Position numbers and translations under genes: made by a program. The notes below the pieces were generated by a model, which was not told the DNA's origin, made no database searches, and was given only the letters and a program-made list of their open reading frames with translations. Below, piece by piece: positions 1 to 13,137 of a stretch of DNA of 64,000 bases. Positions within the stretch are counted from its first letter, which is position 1. The number at the start of each line of letters is the position of its first letter. Source of the stretch: Albugo candida. Its lineage: Eukaryota. The stretch is from the NCBI GenBank assembly GCA_040437565.1, contig JBDOQK010000023.1:310001-374000 (forward strand). The letters are read 5' to 3'.

Positions 1-1485
1 CCAATACCACAAAAAATGAAACGAAAGTAACCGTCCCCGTTTCAGCAAAGAATGAAAGCGGGCCTGCTCCTCCGGTCGTTCCTTTCCCAACCCCAGCTCC
101 ATCACAAAGTCCCCCAAAAGTGGAAATACCTCCTTCAAAAAACGAAACGAAAGTAAACGTCCCCGTTCNNNNNNNNNNNNNNNNNNNNNNNNNNNNNNNN
201 NNNNNNNNNNNNNNNNNNNNNNNNNNNNNNNNNNNNNNNNNNNNNNNNNNNNNNNNNNNNNNNNNNNNTTCCGTCACCGGCTCCTTCTCCATCTCAACCC
301 ACTCCGAAAAATGAAGTGCCGAATGCTCCAAAAAACGAAACAAAAGTTGGCGTCCCCGTTTCAGCAAAAAATGATAGCGCCCCAACCCCTCCTGTCGTAC
401 CAAAAGTGGAAGTACCTCCTGCTTCAAACAATGAAACAAAAGTGAGCGTTCCCGTCCCTTCCAAGAATGAAAGTGGGCCTGCTCCTCTTGTCGTTCCATT
501 CCCGACACCAGTTCCATCCCAAAGTCCTCCAAAAGTGGATATTCCCCCTCTTCCAAAAAATGAAACGAATGTCAATGTTCCTGTTCCTGCAAAGAATGAA
601 AGTGCTCCGACACCCCCTGTCGTTCCGATTCCACCTTCTTCGTATCAAGTACCCAATACCACAAAAAATGAAACGAAAGTAACCGTCCCCGTTTCAGCAA
701 AGAATGAAAGCGGGCCTGCTCCTCCGGTCGTTCCTTTCCCAACCCCAGCTCCATCACAAAGTCCCCCAAAAGTGGAAATACCTCCTTCAAAAAACGAAAC
801 GAAAGTAAACGTCCCCGTTCCTTCGAAGAACGAAAGTGGGCCTGCTCCTCCTGTCGTTCCATTCCCGACACCTACTCCGTCCCAAAATCCTCCAAAAGTG
901 GATATCCCCCTTCTTCCAAAAAATGAATCAAAAGTAAATGATCCTGTTCTTGCAAAGAACGAGAGTGCCTCAATGTCTCCTGTCGTTCCAAAGGTGGAAG
1001 TACCCAACCCACCAAAAACCGACAATCCCATCACACCTCCGGACAGTCCTCTTCCATCGTCTGCTTATGGCCCTCCTCCTGCCCCTCCCCTCTTTCAAAA
1101 ACCTGAGTCCAACGCGGCCCCACCAGTTCCTGTTCCCAACGCCCCGAAACAACTTTCCACTACACCATCCGTCACTACTCCAGTCACTACCCCAGTCACA
1201 CCTGCGGTAAAGACCGAAACCTCCGCCACCCCTCCGATTGTTCCGTCTCCATCTTCAGCGTATGGGACTCCATCAGTGCCTCGAACAGTTCCCGTGGCTG
1301 CACCCCCAGCATCGCCAATATCATCTCAGAAAATTGAAAATGCTCCCACAAATTCTCTTCCTCCAAACAATCAAATTCCTCCATCCAGAAGTTCCCCTGC
1401 AACTCCAATCACTGTCCCTACACCAATCTCAGTCCCACCTACCAAATCGACACCTAATGGCGCATACGGCCCTTCTGCGTATTAA
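1..1485 (+). CDS. Pro/Ser/Thr-rich repetitive protein (mucin- or cell-wall-like), 5' end outside the window
   Basis: Long ORF 316-1485 of repeats such as PVPSKNESGPAPPVVPFPTP and KNETKVNVPVP, with many N-x-S/T sequons. It continues through the gap to base 1. Confidence 0.8.
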
Positions 1486-1616
1486 CGTATCCGATCCAAA
1501 ACACAAGCAAAGATGAAAGCTGAAAATGATCCTGTCCATTTGTAGTACATGTGAGCCGTAAGGAATATATAATAATTCATACATTTAAACGTTTCTTAAT
1601 TTGCCAACTCAATTTT

Positions 1617-3952
1617 TCAACACAATTGTGCTCCATCGTCGCTATCTTCCAAGTCATCAAATGCGCTGATATGTGCTGCGTGAGACAATTTGTCAAGACC
1701 TGTCAATTCTTCCAGATATGTCGCTGAATTGGACGCATTTTGCAAAAACTCAAAAGCGTTCGAGTGAAAAGCTTCCAACACTTTATCGCTGCATGCAATG
1801 CATTTGTCAAAAGCGACTCCCACGACCGGAACGACGCTGAAGCTGTTTATATAACCACGAAGCTGATGTGGTATGTAGCCTAAAGCCTCTGACGTGTGTT
1901 CCACAACGTCTCCTCTTTGGTCGGGTGAATGTAATACTGCGACTAAAAGTTCCACAGCGTTAGCTGAAGCTATCGGTGCGACGCCAGGACGTGTCACTGT
2001 ACACATTTGATCGAGTGTGCGATCTCGAAGAGAATTGCGAGGACCGACGATATCGTTGCAAAAATAGCACCCTAAACGGACACTGGAGGTCCCATCAGAA
2101 TGAATCGTTCGGATTCCATGACGCATGACCAAATAACTGTCGAAACCCAATGCTGTATTGATGACAATCTTTTGCTTTGATGCTCCAAGCACAGTTGGGA
2201 GCCATCGACTTTCCCGTGAGTCTGTGCCAAGAAATATCACATCATGCGTATCGATGAGACTTTCGAGTTGCGCTAAGCCTTCTTTTGCTTCGCGTATTAG
2301 CTCTGTATTGCTGAGGGAATGGCCGGCCATGGGAATGCTGAGAATTTTTCCTTGAGCATTTACTAATGGAAATATACGCTTCAGTGCAGCTGCGGCGCAT
2401 TCTGCTTTGGGTTTACCACAATCCTGGAATTCATACAAAGGCTGCCGAACGGGATTGGAGTAACTAACCGTGGAATTATCGACTAAAGTGATGTGTCGAA
2501 ATCCCCATGAAAGTAAGCTTCTAGCTGTGAAGCATCCAAGAGTCCCGGCACCCAAAAGGAGGCATTTCGTGGATGCAATTAAATCGAGTTGAAGCGTGGG
2601 TAATTGTCGCCATCGCATCAATTTGAGATTTAAATCAACAGAAGTCTCTGCGAGACGTAAAGGGTCCATCTGATTGCTCAGATCCATCACCCGGGGTCCA
2701 AACTTTCCTCGTTGATTGCATTCCCATCCTACCACATCAATATCTTCCAAGTCGGGCTTCATTCGCTCGGGTATAAGTACTCGAAAAATCAACGAATTTG
2801 AGAAGTTGTCAAGATTTGTATCGTGACCACAGCCTTGCATTCCATGTTCTCGAAAGGAAAAGATCTTCAGTGGTTTTGAGATATCAAGAATCTCGTCGGG
2901 TAAGGTGCTGAGGAGGGCTAAATAATTTCGCAGCGGCCAGCCTGGATGAGAAGGCAAGGCGCACGGATCGACGAATCCGTAGTATACATCGACTTTTGCT
3001 TCGTCAAGACCGTGTCGTTTCTGTCGTGTTTGTTGGCTTTTCCACGTACAAAAGTCATAGACCTTTGGATTCGTGCCTTCTAATTCCGATCCTGAACCTC
3101 GAAAGCATTGTATCACAAAATAGGGAACGATTTGCTGCTTTGTTTGATTCTCGCTATTTGTATATTGCAGATGCATCAGATTCTTAATGACAATCCTTTG
3201 CTCCTTCTGCGTGAATTCCGTACTTGCAGGTGTCGGTGGTTCTGAGATTTGATACGGAGAGGCTGGACACAGCGCAGGGAAGGCGAACCAGTACAGAAAT
3301 GTGTGCTTTTTGAGTTCCGCAAATGTGCACAGAATAAATCCGTTCAGTTGCAACGAAAGCGTTTCGATACTGCACGCCGGGTCGGTTATAATCTTCAATA
3401 TCTACAGATCGGATGAGCGAAATGATAGTAAAGCATCATAAGAATTTGTGTATACTTTATCTTTGGCCAATTCTAAAAGTTTGCCCTTATCCAATGCTTT
3501 GAATTGCTACAAATGTGCGCCAATTAGACCCTTTTTTCATATCATTTGACAAAAGCTTCCCACTTCCAATGTATTGGAGTTATACAAAGTTCCAGCTACT
3601 TTCCAATGATATCGCTCCATGTCATTCTCGCTATGTAGCAAGCAATAAGACGAAGACGAATGATTCGGTGGATTGACACTCACTTATCAAAAGAAAACGA
3701 ATGAGCATTGACTTTGATCCGAGCCGGAACGTTCGGTGATCGGCCAGGACCATAGAATCCAGTAATGGGCTGTACGTTCAAAGTATTGGATTGAGATTCA
3801 CACTTTAATCGCTGACCGTTTAGACTTACTTGAGGCTCATCGTTCAATTGAAACTGATCTACCTTCAATGAAGCAAGCTTATGCCAGAAAGTCGGATCGG
3901 CCACACTGCTCCAAGGCTGAAATTGGAGCAAACTCTCCTTTTTCGATTCCAT
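1617..3952 (-). CDS. ATG7: Autophagy E1-like enzyme ATG7 (multi-exon)
   Basis: N-terminal exon LLQFQPWSSVADPTFWHKLASLK, then FVDPCALPSHPGWPLRNYL, VDLNLKLMRWR, CLLLGAGTLGC, VSYSNPVRQPLY, DSRESRWLP, LGCYFCND and catalytic LDQMCTVTRPG. Short GT-AG introns near 3770-3829 and in 3400-3700. Confidence 0.96.
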
Positions 3953-4592
3953 TATTTATAAAGCTTTTGATTACAATTCATCCAATCAGTTTTTTCCCCC
4001 GAAAAAGCGTCGATTTTTCTCTGAATATCGGAATCAAGTCGCGACGTAGACGGAAGCGGGTAGCGTCGATTACTGAGCAGTCAGATCAGTGAAGACAGAC
4101 GGACGAATGATTCTCGAAAATAGTACGATGATGGCAATAGAACAATTTTTATGTCGCGAGTCTGTCAAGTCGTTCGAATCGCTCGCAGACTCGGAAGATA
4201 TTTTTTATTTAATTAGGCGCTAATACGATAATTGACAGGATCATGGTTCCATTATGATGAGATAAGGAACTCACTAAAGCTCCATAATTTCTATTTAACT
4301 ACTTTTCTAAGTTTTGCGCAAGCAGTAGAATTTGATTCGCAAGTCGGTATCGATTCTTATAATTTGAGGAATCACTGCATAATGTTCTCGGATTTCACAC
4401 AGCAATGTAGAACAATATCTCTTTGAACGAGTTATATTGTTTCTGTAGGTATAAATTCAGACGAATTCATTCTCGGACTTTACATGAGACCATTTATTTA
4501 ACGGACAATACATTTGATACAAACGCCGTCGATCAGATATTCGCTCCCATTCTGTCCGATTCAACAATTTTAAACCACGAAGCAAAGAATCG

Positions 4593-6552
4593 ATGGGAAC
4601 ATATTTCGACTGGATGCACATTCACAAAAAACTAGCTATAGCTTTCATCCGGGTATACCTTACATGTTTATACGCAGCGGCTACTATGAGCGTGACGGAA
4701 GCACAGTCAGACGTCAGAGATCTGTATGTGAGTAATACAGCCTCACGCCTGTCAAAAGGACACATTATCTTTGTGTGCCTTCCTAAATACGACAACTTGG
4801 TTCCGCTCAAGCATCTTGCAAGAAATTTGTATGACCGTGGATATTCTGTTGCAATTTCCCTTCCCGAGGTACGGCTGATTCGATACCCGATCGAGTCGAT
4901 GCAACAATTCTCACTAATTGCAGTCGCTTTTATAGTATGCTCGACACTGGATGAGCGATCTTCCCAATGTGGACTTGATAGCCTTAAGAAACGTTCCCAA
5001 GTACGAAACGCCAAATGTTACAGAGCTGGACACGAGCTTCAATGTGTACCAGAGCTATAAAGATGAATTGCAGTACTATGCATCCGTTCACCGCTTGATG
5101 TTACCCACACTTCTCGAGGTAGTGAAGGAAAAGAAGCCCGATTTAATTGTCGCCGACAGATACGCCTTTGCTGGTGTTGATGTCGGTATCGCAATGTCTA
5201 TCCCCTATGTGGTAAATAGTGCTTCGATTTTGATGGATATCGATAATCCACCCAATATAATTCCGGCACCATTCTCCAACATTTCAGTCCACGTAAGTTT
5301 AGGCTTCCTGTCTACGAATATGCTCAACTTGTATGTAGACGTCAAAAGTAATTGATCGGTGTATGAATGTGTATTACCGTTTGCTATTCCGCTTCACGTG
5401 GCTACAGATATATCAGCAACTCGATCAAAGTCGACAATTGATTGGGCTCAGTCGTGATATGAGCAGTCAAAATCATTTGACGCTGGTCAATTCTGTATTT
5501 GGAGTAGACGTACCCAGGGCGATGTCGCCTCAATACCAGATGGTCAGCCTTCTGAACTGTGTACATATACAATCGAAAATGGACTCATGCATTCCACACA
5601 GTCAGCGACTACCTGCTCAGCTATATTCTTGGATGACATCAGTAATGAGTATCAGACCCCTTCTTCTCATTAACTATCCGTTCTCTTCAGTTGATGGCTC
5701 AATACCTCAATTAATGAATCAAATAGTCAAAGAAATTGGCTACCGGGCTATATGGAGAGTATCTGCAAATCTCAATGTGACTGAAAACATCACTTCATCG
5801 ATCTATTTTTTAAAAAATGATACGATCGAGGACATCTCGATCATCCAGCAGATTTCTTCCTTTTCAGCTGTAATTACCTCGGGTGACGCCCAGCTTATGT
5901 TGTACGCTTTGGCGTCCGGTCTACCGATACTAGGAGTACCGCACACGGCTGAGCAGGTAAGAAAACCATGCTGCCTCACTTTATGCAGAGAAATATTTTG
6001 GTTCTTTAGCTGGAACATCTTAACGCAATTGCCCGGGCTGGAGCTGGCATGGTCGCATTACCCTCATCTTTGTCAAAAGAACGAATCGCTCAACTCGTTA
6101 GAAGGCTTCGAAATGATGCCAGGTAGATTGCGCTTCTATTATTAGTTCAGATTCCTGACATCAAATCTAGTCTACGTGAAGCTGCAGTCCATCTGGGTAA
6201 GATTCTTAAATCAACCGGAGGTACGGAGCGAGCGGTAGACTCGATCGTATCGGTTTTGGAATTTGGAATATCGCATCTCACCCCCCAGCGATGCGTCCAA
6301 TCATGGGTACGATCGTTTTTTGTTGATGTCTATGCGCTTTATGGCATATTGTTGGGTGTCGTGGTGATAAGTCTCTGTGCATTCTCCTCCGTCCTCTATT
6401 CCATCCTACAAAGCGCATTCGCGAAATACAGAAATATGACAGACCCCAAAGCTCAGTCAATAGTCAAAGATAATAACGTCAGGCAGAACCCCAAAAAAAA
6501 GCGACCCACCGCCAAGTATCGTTATATAAACAGTTCCGGACCAAAATCATAA
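4593..6552 (+). CDS. UDP-glycosyltransferase (GT1/UGT-like), multi-exon, with C-terminal TM helix
   Basis: PLKHLARNLYDRG, KPDLIVADRYAF, and a UGT signature-like AVITSG..YALASGLPILGVPHTAEQ. C-terminal hydrophobic helix followed by a basic tail. GT-AG introns link the ORFs. The start codon is uncertain. Confidence 0.8.
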
Positions 6553-7489
6553 AGGCGAGTCGTTTTGAAGCTCTTTTTTTATCGTCGAAATAAGACAACT
6601 TGTTGCAGAACGAGCTTATACTTTATTAGCTCCCTTGTTGTGCTAGCGAGGTAAATGTACAAACTTCTTGAGCGACAATTACTCCATCAGATCGTGTGAA
6701 TCGACTTGGTAGCTGTTCAAAACTTCAGTAACAAGACATACTGATTCTATCGAAGGCCTCTACCATGGAAGTCTGGCATGTTTGCTTGCGGTCGAGAGAC
6801 GAAAAGGAATGCAGAATCTGTCGAGACTAAGCTATTTGATGCAAAATTGCGCAGCGATAAATCGCGTTCGCTAACCGAGCGATGAGGTATTTGCATTATC
6901 AATGAATGATTCTCTACATTTCTACGACTCATGAGCTTTATTCTTCGGACATTTGACTTTGTTCACTGAAACGTATCTGCGTTCGTGTCGGCACAATAAG
7001 CGCTGAGATTAAGCTGTTGTTTCACTAAAAAGAAGGCATGAATCGTCTGAAAACGTATGATTCAACGCGCCGCATTGATCAAATGAGTTCTTGGCGCATG
7101 AACAGCATCACGGATACTAGGTGTCGAGCCTTTTATACCACAAAGCATATGACTCTATCCATTAGACCGTGCACTTATGATCCAATACGCAAGCATGACG
7201 TAGAGAAGCCAAATCGCACCGTTCTGGCAGCAGCTGGCACTTGACAATACCCGTGAGTTCACGAGCACGTTTTCATCTTTGCTGCAAGGAATGTTACTCT
7301 CCATATATATGAGCCCAAAATGACAAGAGGATATTTGGTTGACAAATTTATCGGTCGCAGGCATCTCCAAGACCATATGTCATGCTAGAATAGCAAATAC
7401 ATCTTGTAACGCAATACAGATCTTGTAGCAAATTGAGGTCCATTACGATTACGGTGAAAATACCCGTCATGTATTAAGACCAAGTGATT

Positions 7490-10240
7490 CTATGCAACAA
7501 ACTGAAAACCGATTGGATGCAGTAAAAATGTTTCTCTCAGCTCCTGGCAGTTGGGAATAAGTTCTAGTTTTGGGTAGATAGACATATTCGTTGAATGCGA
7601 TCGCACAATTCCTGACCGCACTAATCGATCACATATACGCGAGAACGTTCGAGTAATTGGCACTGGTGTTATCGCTCGTGTTTGACATAAGAGTCTAACA
7701 CGGTGAAGGACGTCTTCAAACCTCACTAAATGTTCAGAACGGCATCGTAATTCCATCTCCAAAGCTAATAGAAACACACACTCAAATTTGCTCGTATCAC
7801 GTAATCGAATGCTCATACAAGATTTTGAAATTTGATTCCGAGCTTGTTGTACATCGTCCAAGCTTACACAAAGTTCTTTGGGCGCAATAATTGACTCGAC
7901 ACTTTGTTCAAAACGTTCGATACATATTTGTATTGCCAGTTTACACACCGACAGCACACGTCGGACATCTCCTGATGATTGTGCTAGCGACTTTGCGCAG
8001 TACTGAATTGCGGATAAATCGAAAACATTTAATTGTTGGAGTCGGTGGTAAATGATTTGACTTAGTTGATCACTTGAATACGACCGGAACGAGATACGAT
8101 GGGATCCTAGCCGACTTTTTATTTTCGGTGCTAAACGTTCAGGAAGATCCATCGTGTTTGCGATACCAACAATGATGAGTTTTGAAGTTTCGTAGGTTTG
8201 CCATTCCAGTAGATTGTATAATACCATGCTTTTTCCAATTGCCATGAAATCCATTTCGTCCAGAATCAATACAACGATAGGTCGTTTTGCATTCCGAGTT
8301 GAAAACTCTTTTTGCAAAAAAGCGCAGGCGTCGGATGTCTTCTTAGTCATACTCTTTGTGTACTCTGAAAGATTTTGACGAAGAATATCATAAGTTAAGC
8401 TTACACGAGTCAGTTGTAATCCATTGAGTTCTAATGCGATGAATTCCGGTAAATCATTAGTCTCTGTTTCTTTTTTCAGCGTATGGATGATCTCACGAAC
8501 AAGAGAGGTTTTGCCCATGCCAGGAAGACCACTGATGTATATAGGAGCTCCTTGACCATTTGCAGAAATGGCATTTCGAATGGACTGAAAAATTTCGAAT
8601 CGTTCCTCCTCTCGTCCTACCATCATGCAGGGTGCAGAGTAAGGTTGCAGCTCTTCGCAAGCCTTTTGCAGCTTTAGACACAATTCATCATGCATTTAGA
8701 TTATTGCTCGACACGCAGAGATGGTCGAATGTGTACCATTAGATTGTATTAGAAAGGTACTGTACTGTCGTTGTGGTATCGGTCCATCTTATGCACAGTA
8801 AGACAGTAGGAATGGAGAGGATCTATAGGAATGGATACTCGCAAATCCGTGGCTAAATGTCTTTGGCGAACAGAAGTACGCATAGTTACATCTTACTCGC
8901 ACTGATCTACAGATAAGGTTTCATTATTTCACAGCTGAGATGAAACACATGGGGCGGGGTTGAATATCAGGCGATGTTTAAAAAAGAGGCTCCTACGGAA
9001 AGAATTGCTTTGTTAATAGTTGAGGAATTGCGCCTGGCGTCCTGACTCCTTATTCCAGGGACTCATGGAAATCTTCTTTCATTATTAGTTTACTTTAGTG
9101 GGAAAAGACGCTTTCGTAAGCGTCTACGCTGTGTGCATCAAATTCGCTNNNNNNNNNNNNNNNNNNNNNNNNNNNNNNNNNNNNNNNNNNNNNNNNNNNN
9201 NNNNNNNNNNNNNNNNNNNNNNNNNNNNNNNNNNNNNNNNNNNNNNNNTTGACCATTTGCAGAAATGGCATTTCGAATGGACTGAAAAATTTCGAATCGT
9301 TCCTCCTCTCGTCCTACCATCATGCAGGGTGCAGAGTAAGGTTGCAGCTCTTCGCAAGCCTTTTGCAGCTTTAGACACAATTCATCATGCATTTAGATTA
9401 TTGCTCGACACGCAGAGATGGTCGAATGTGTACCATTAGATTGTATTAGAAAGGTACTGTACTGTCGTTGTGGTATCGGTCCATCTTATGCACAGTAAGA
9501 CAGTAGGAATGGAGAGGATCTATAGGAATGGATACTCGCAAATCCGTGGCTAAATGTCTTTGGCGAACAGAAGTACGCATAGTTACATCTTACTCGCACT
9601 GATCTACAGATAAGGTTTCATTATTTCACAGCTGAGATGAAACACATGGGGCGGGGTTGAATATCAGGCGATGTTTAAAAAAGAGGCTCCTACGGAAAGA
9701 ATTGCTTTGTTAATAGTTGAGGAATTGCGCCTGGCGTCCTGACTCCTTATTCCAGGGACTCATGGAAATCTTCTTTCATTATTAGTTTACTTTAGTGGGA
9801 AAAGACGCTTTCGTAAGCGTCTACGCTGTGTGCATCAAATTCGCTGTATTTGAGACTCCCACGGCTATGCTCAGTCTGCCGCTATTCAGTTTCATCTATT
9901 TCCCACATATTAGCACCAATGCATCTCTTGATGCATTCATCCAAATGGCATGTACCGTCAATCGCGAATTAGAATTTCAGTCTTGTGCTCCTATATTTGC
10001 AGAGGAAAGCACGGATGCCAATGTGTTATCGCAATACTACAAAGCATAACAGACCTTGAAGCGAACGGATGGTAACTGCTCCATAAAGAAGCAACTATAT
10101 TAGTGTAGAAATTGCGAAGTACCTCCAGTATGTTTAGTCCGACAAAACGTTCACGGCTTGCATACTCCCAGTCGTGTTCTAAGCTGTTACACAAATAATG
10201 CACGTGTAAAGCGAAGATCATCTGTAAATCATTCAATTGG
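7490..10240 (-). CDS. ORC1: ORC1/CDC6-family AAA+ ATPase (most like ORC1); upstream exons uncertain
   Basis: Exon 7490-8695 has GREEE, Walker A IYISGLPGMGKT, Walker B VLILDEMD, VLYNLLEW, IANTMDLPERL, SRLG and SGDVRRVL. The 5' exons are confused by the gap duplication. Confidence 0.8.
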
Positions 10241-10599
10241 TTGACTCCTCAAATCTAGAGCAAAAGAGATGCTTCATTTTTCCTGCTATAGCCACTGCGG
10301 CTCTATGAATCGAACTTTTTCACTTTTCTAACAAAACGAGTGAATCAACGAAGCAGAGAAAGTCAATCTTGTCGTTGAAATTAAAGAGGGGCTGGTCTTG
10401 AGCGGAATAGTACTTCATTGACCGTGCCCTTTACGATAGCTTTGCTGAAGTGTCTATCTCTACTGGAGATTATGTTAAATGTTTTTATGCAATCCAAGAA
10501 TGTCTCGCGCTGCTAAGAGAACTTCACAGCATTGATACCACCAATATTGTTTTTTCTAAGTTTATCATTCAGAATCCATTCAGGTGCCCGGGTCATGGG

Positions 10600-12450
10600 A
10601 AATTATTAGTATTATTATTCACCTGAGAAGTTTCTCTCTGATGTACTGGCATGCAGCAGCTGCACTTCGCTCTAAAATAAAGGCTTTCACTTGGTACGGT
10701 CTTGAGCTAGGTGTGCAGAAAACAGAAATCTGAGTAGGTCTTGAGCTGGGCTTTTCCGATGGACGTTCTTGGCGAGGACTTTCTGAAGCCCTCGGAACGT
10801 CGAGATCCGGGTGGCGGGTTGTAATAGTAACCATCATAGCTTGTACTGGGATATTCGTTTCAAGCGGCGCAAAATGTGCCTAAAGAGGCGTCACTTGGTC
10901 TGTCGCGTTGTCGTGCCGAAGAGGTATAGCCTGACATGTTGCATATAGTGCCCAGTTGCCGACATGTTAGGATAATGGATACGGAGATCGTGGTGGAGAT
11001 GAAAGTATTCGGGCTGGCTACAGACTCATTCCGTCCCTGCCCATGTACCCTAGTTATTGAGTAGGATCGGAATGATGTGCACGTTCTAAAAACGCTCAAT
11101 TTTCCTGTTCTTTCCGATGTGCATTTTCCGCATTGTCGCCAAGTAGCGTGCCTGACTTCCGAATATGACGCGACTGAATCCGTAGATCTGCATTAATGTG
11201 AAATGACGAATCTTGTTTGAGCAGCGACAAGAATTAGTCTAAGGATGTGTTCCTGAGAATGAACTAATCGGCTTGGTCGGTATAGATAACTTGCTGGCTT
11301 TAGCTACTGCATTGTGGGTTAAGCGATGTGCATAGGTGACGGGATGCTTCGTTATTGATGTTGAAAAGAAGAGGAAATAGTGATTCATCTTGTGGGTTGC
11401 CGTGATTATTAGGAAAAGCTGAATACATCCAGGTTTTGCGGTGGAACTGGAGATTGGTGTCAGCGAGTATGTAGTTTGATAAGATGGACATCTTCTGGAG
11501 AAAGGAATGATTTGGGCGCTTCTATGAGATTGTATCTGTCGATGGCGTCAATTGTCCTGCTCAGACCGATACCAGTATGTGCACACTGCGTTAATATCTG
11601 CAAATGAACCCCACACTCAGTTTATGGGCCCATGCTGAGTCTGCCACAGTCTTTTCACTCTAATTGGGTGATAGCCAAGCGTCAACTCTACCGTGTAAAC
11701 TGTGTAGTATAATGAGCAATATCATTCTCCGGTCGTGTTTAAGTATGTGATCGGGCGCAGACGGGAATCATTTCCGTGCGGCTTATTCGGTTTAGGCAGG
11801 GCAAGTACGACGCCATGGTTGAGGCTTCGTAAAACGAGTCTCGTTGCGGTCGCGGCGAAGTGATTGATGAAGGTGGCTAGTTTAAAAGCAACCGTTGGAG
11901 GGCTAGGATCCAGAAGCTCCATCGGTATGCTATCCAGCCCTAGAGGGCGATTGTTTCTTCGGACAGGAAAACTTTTTAAACCTTCTTCAGTGGTGGTGGG
12001 TTTGCGAAGGCGGTCGGGTACAAGATATATAGGTGTGTGTGCGCAATCGTATAACTTTGACCTGAATAAAATGGTGATGTTAGAGGTCTCTTCGCTGTCG
12101 TTATCGATGTTGTGAACGTTACGATATTGTATAAGAAGTGGGGGATGCCGACGCGGGAATAGACAACTCCTACTGTGGAACATTTTCTCGGAGAATCTGC
12201 TGCCTTGAAGCTATTCGAGTTGAAAGTATGTTCAGACTCTCTGAGTCGTACGCGCTGAACTCGAATTTCTCGGATCGCTAGTAGACTGCATGAACGGAGC
12301 AATGGGAGTTCGACAGGGTCATCGTATGCCGTGATAGCTAGTTGAAGTTATTTTTAAGCATCTGAGAGGCGACCTTTATCCGCATCATATATGGCTCGAG
12401 GCTTGAGGATTTAGGTAGCTGATGCGACCATCTGATCATGTACGGTGGGA
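10600..12450 (-). mobile_element. Degenerate non-LTR retrotransposon (RT remnant) with (TAA)n-like 3' tail
   Basis: NNRPLGLDSIPMELL...LPKPNKP...LRPITYLNT at 11722-12183 is a non-LTR RT N-terminal motif. An ATT-repeat tail lies at ~10600-10620. Confidence 0.7.
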
Positions 12451-12989
12451 CATTCTATGTTGTTGGAAAGCTTAGAAAGCTTTGCAGTGGTGAGAGCTTG
12501 AATGAGGCGAGGTCAAACTTCAGCATTGTCGAGTTGCGGGAATACATTCTCGCGAGAATCTTTTAGACGCTGGGAATCCGAAGGGAAGCTTATACTAGTC
12601 TATGTTATAAGGATTTCATTACAGTGTTGACAGAAGTGATCGACAAATCAGTCCAACCATTACATCAGATGAAACCGACGGTATTCTGGTATTTAGAACA
12701 GACGATTTGGTGTAAGATTCCTAAACAAGATATTCGAGTGTGCAACCGATATCGTTCAGATCATGACATTGCAGACAAGTTCAAACATCATGGATAGTAA
12801 GCTGTATTCCAATCTATGAATGACACAGTACCGTCAAAGCAGATGACAAAGAATGACGAAACAATCGATTAAAGCCAAATCGCGATCAGATGAGTCTGGA
12901 AGTGGACGTGACAGAGGTGGAGGTGACAATAGTGATCAATTCTTTCACGTCCCTCCAAACTCATCTGATTGGATTCGGCTTTGATCGAT

Positions 12990-13137
12990 ATTTTGTTCGT
13001 AATTCCATATACTTCATCTGGTTCTTTGACCACCTTCCTTATCCTGTCATGAGCCCCCTGACCGTGTGAATTTCACACAAGTCTGGCTCCAAACCTAGGG
13101 AGACAGATATTTCCTAGTTTTTTGCTTGTTGGGCTCA
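12990..13137 (-). mobile_element. 5'-truncated copy of the SINE at 53310
   Basis: Reverse complement aligns by eye with 53407-53644 (gagccc..aagca..aatatctg..ccctagg..ggataaggaagg..aaagaaccaga). Confidence 0.7.

Noticed and set aside
8552-9845. Apparent tandem duplication inside ORC1 (8552-9148 = 9249-9845)
   Set aside because: Identical copies flank a 100-N gap; this is an unmerged contig overlap.
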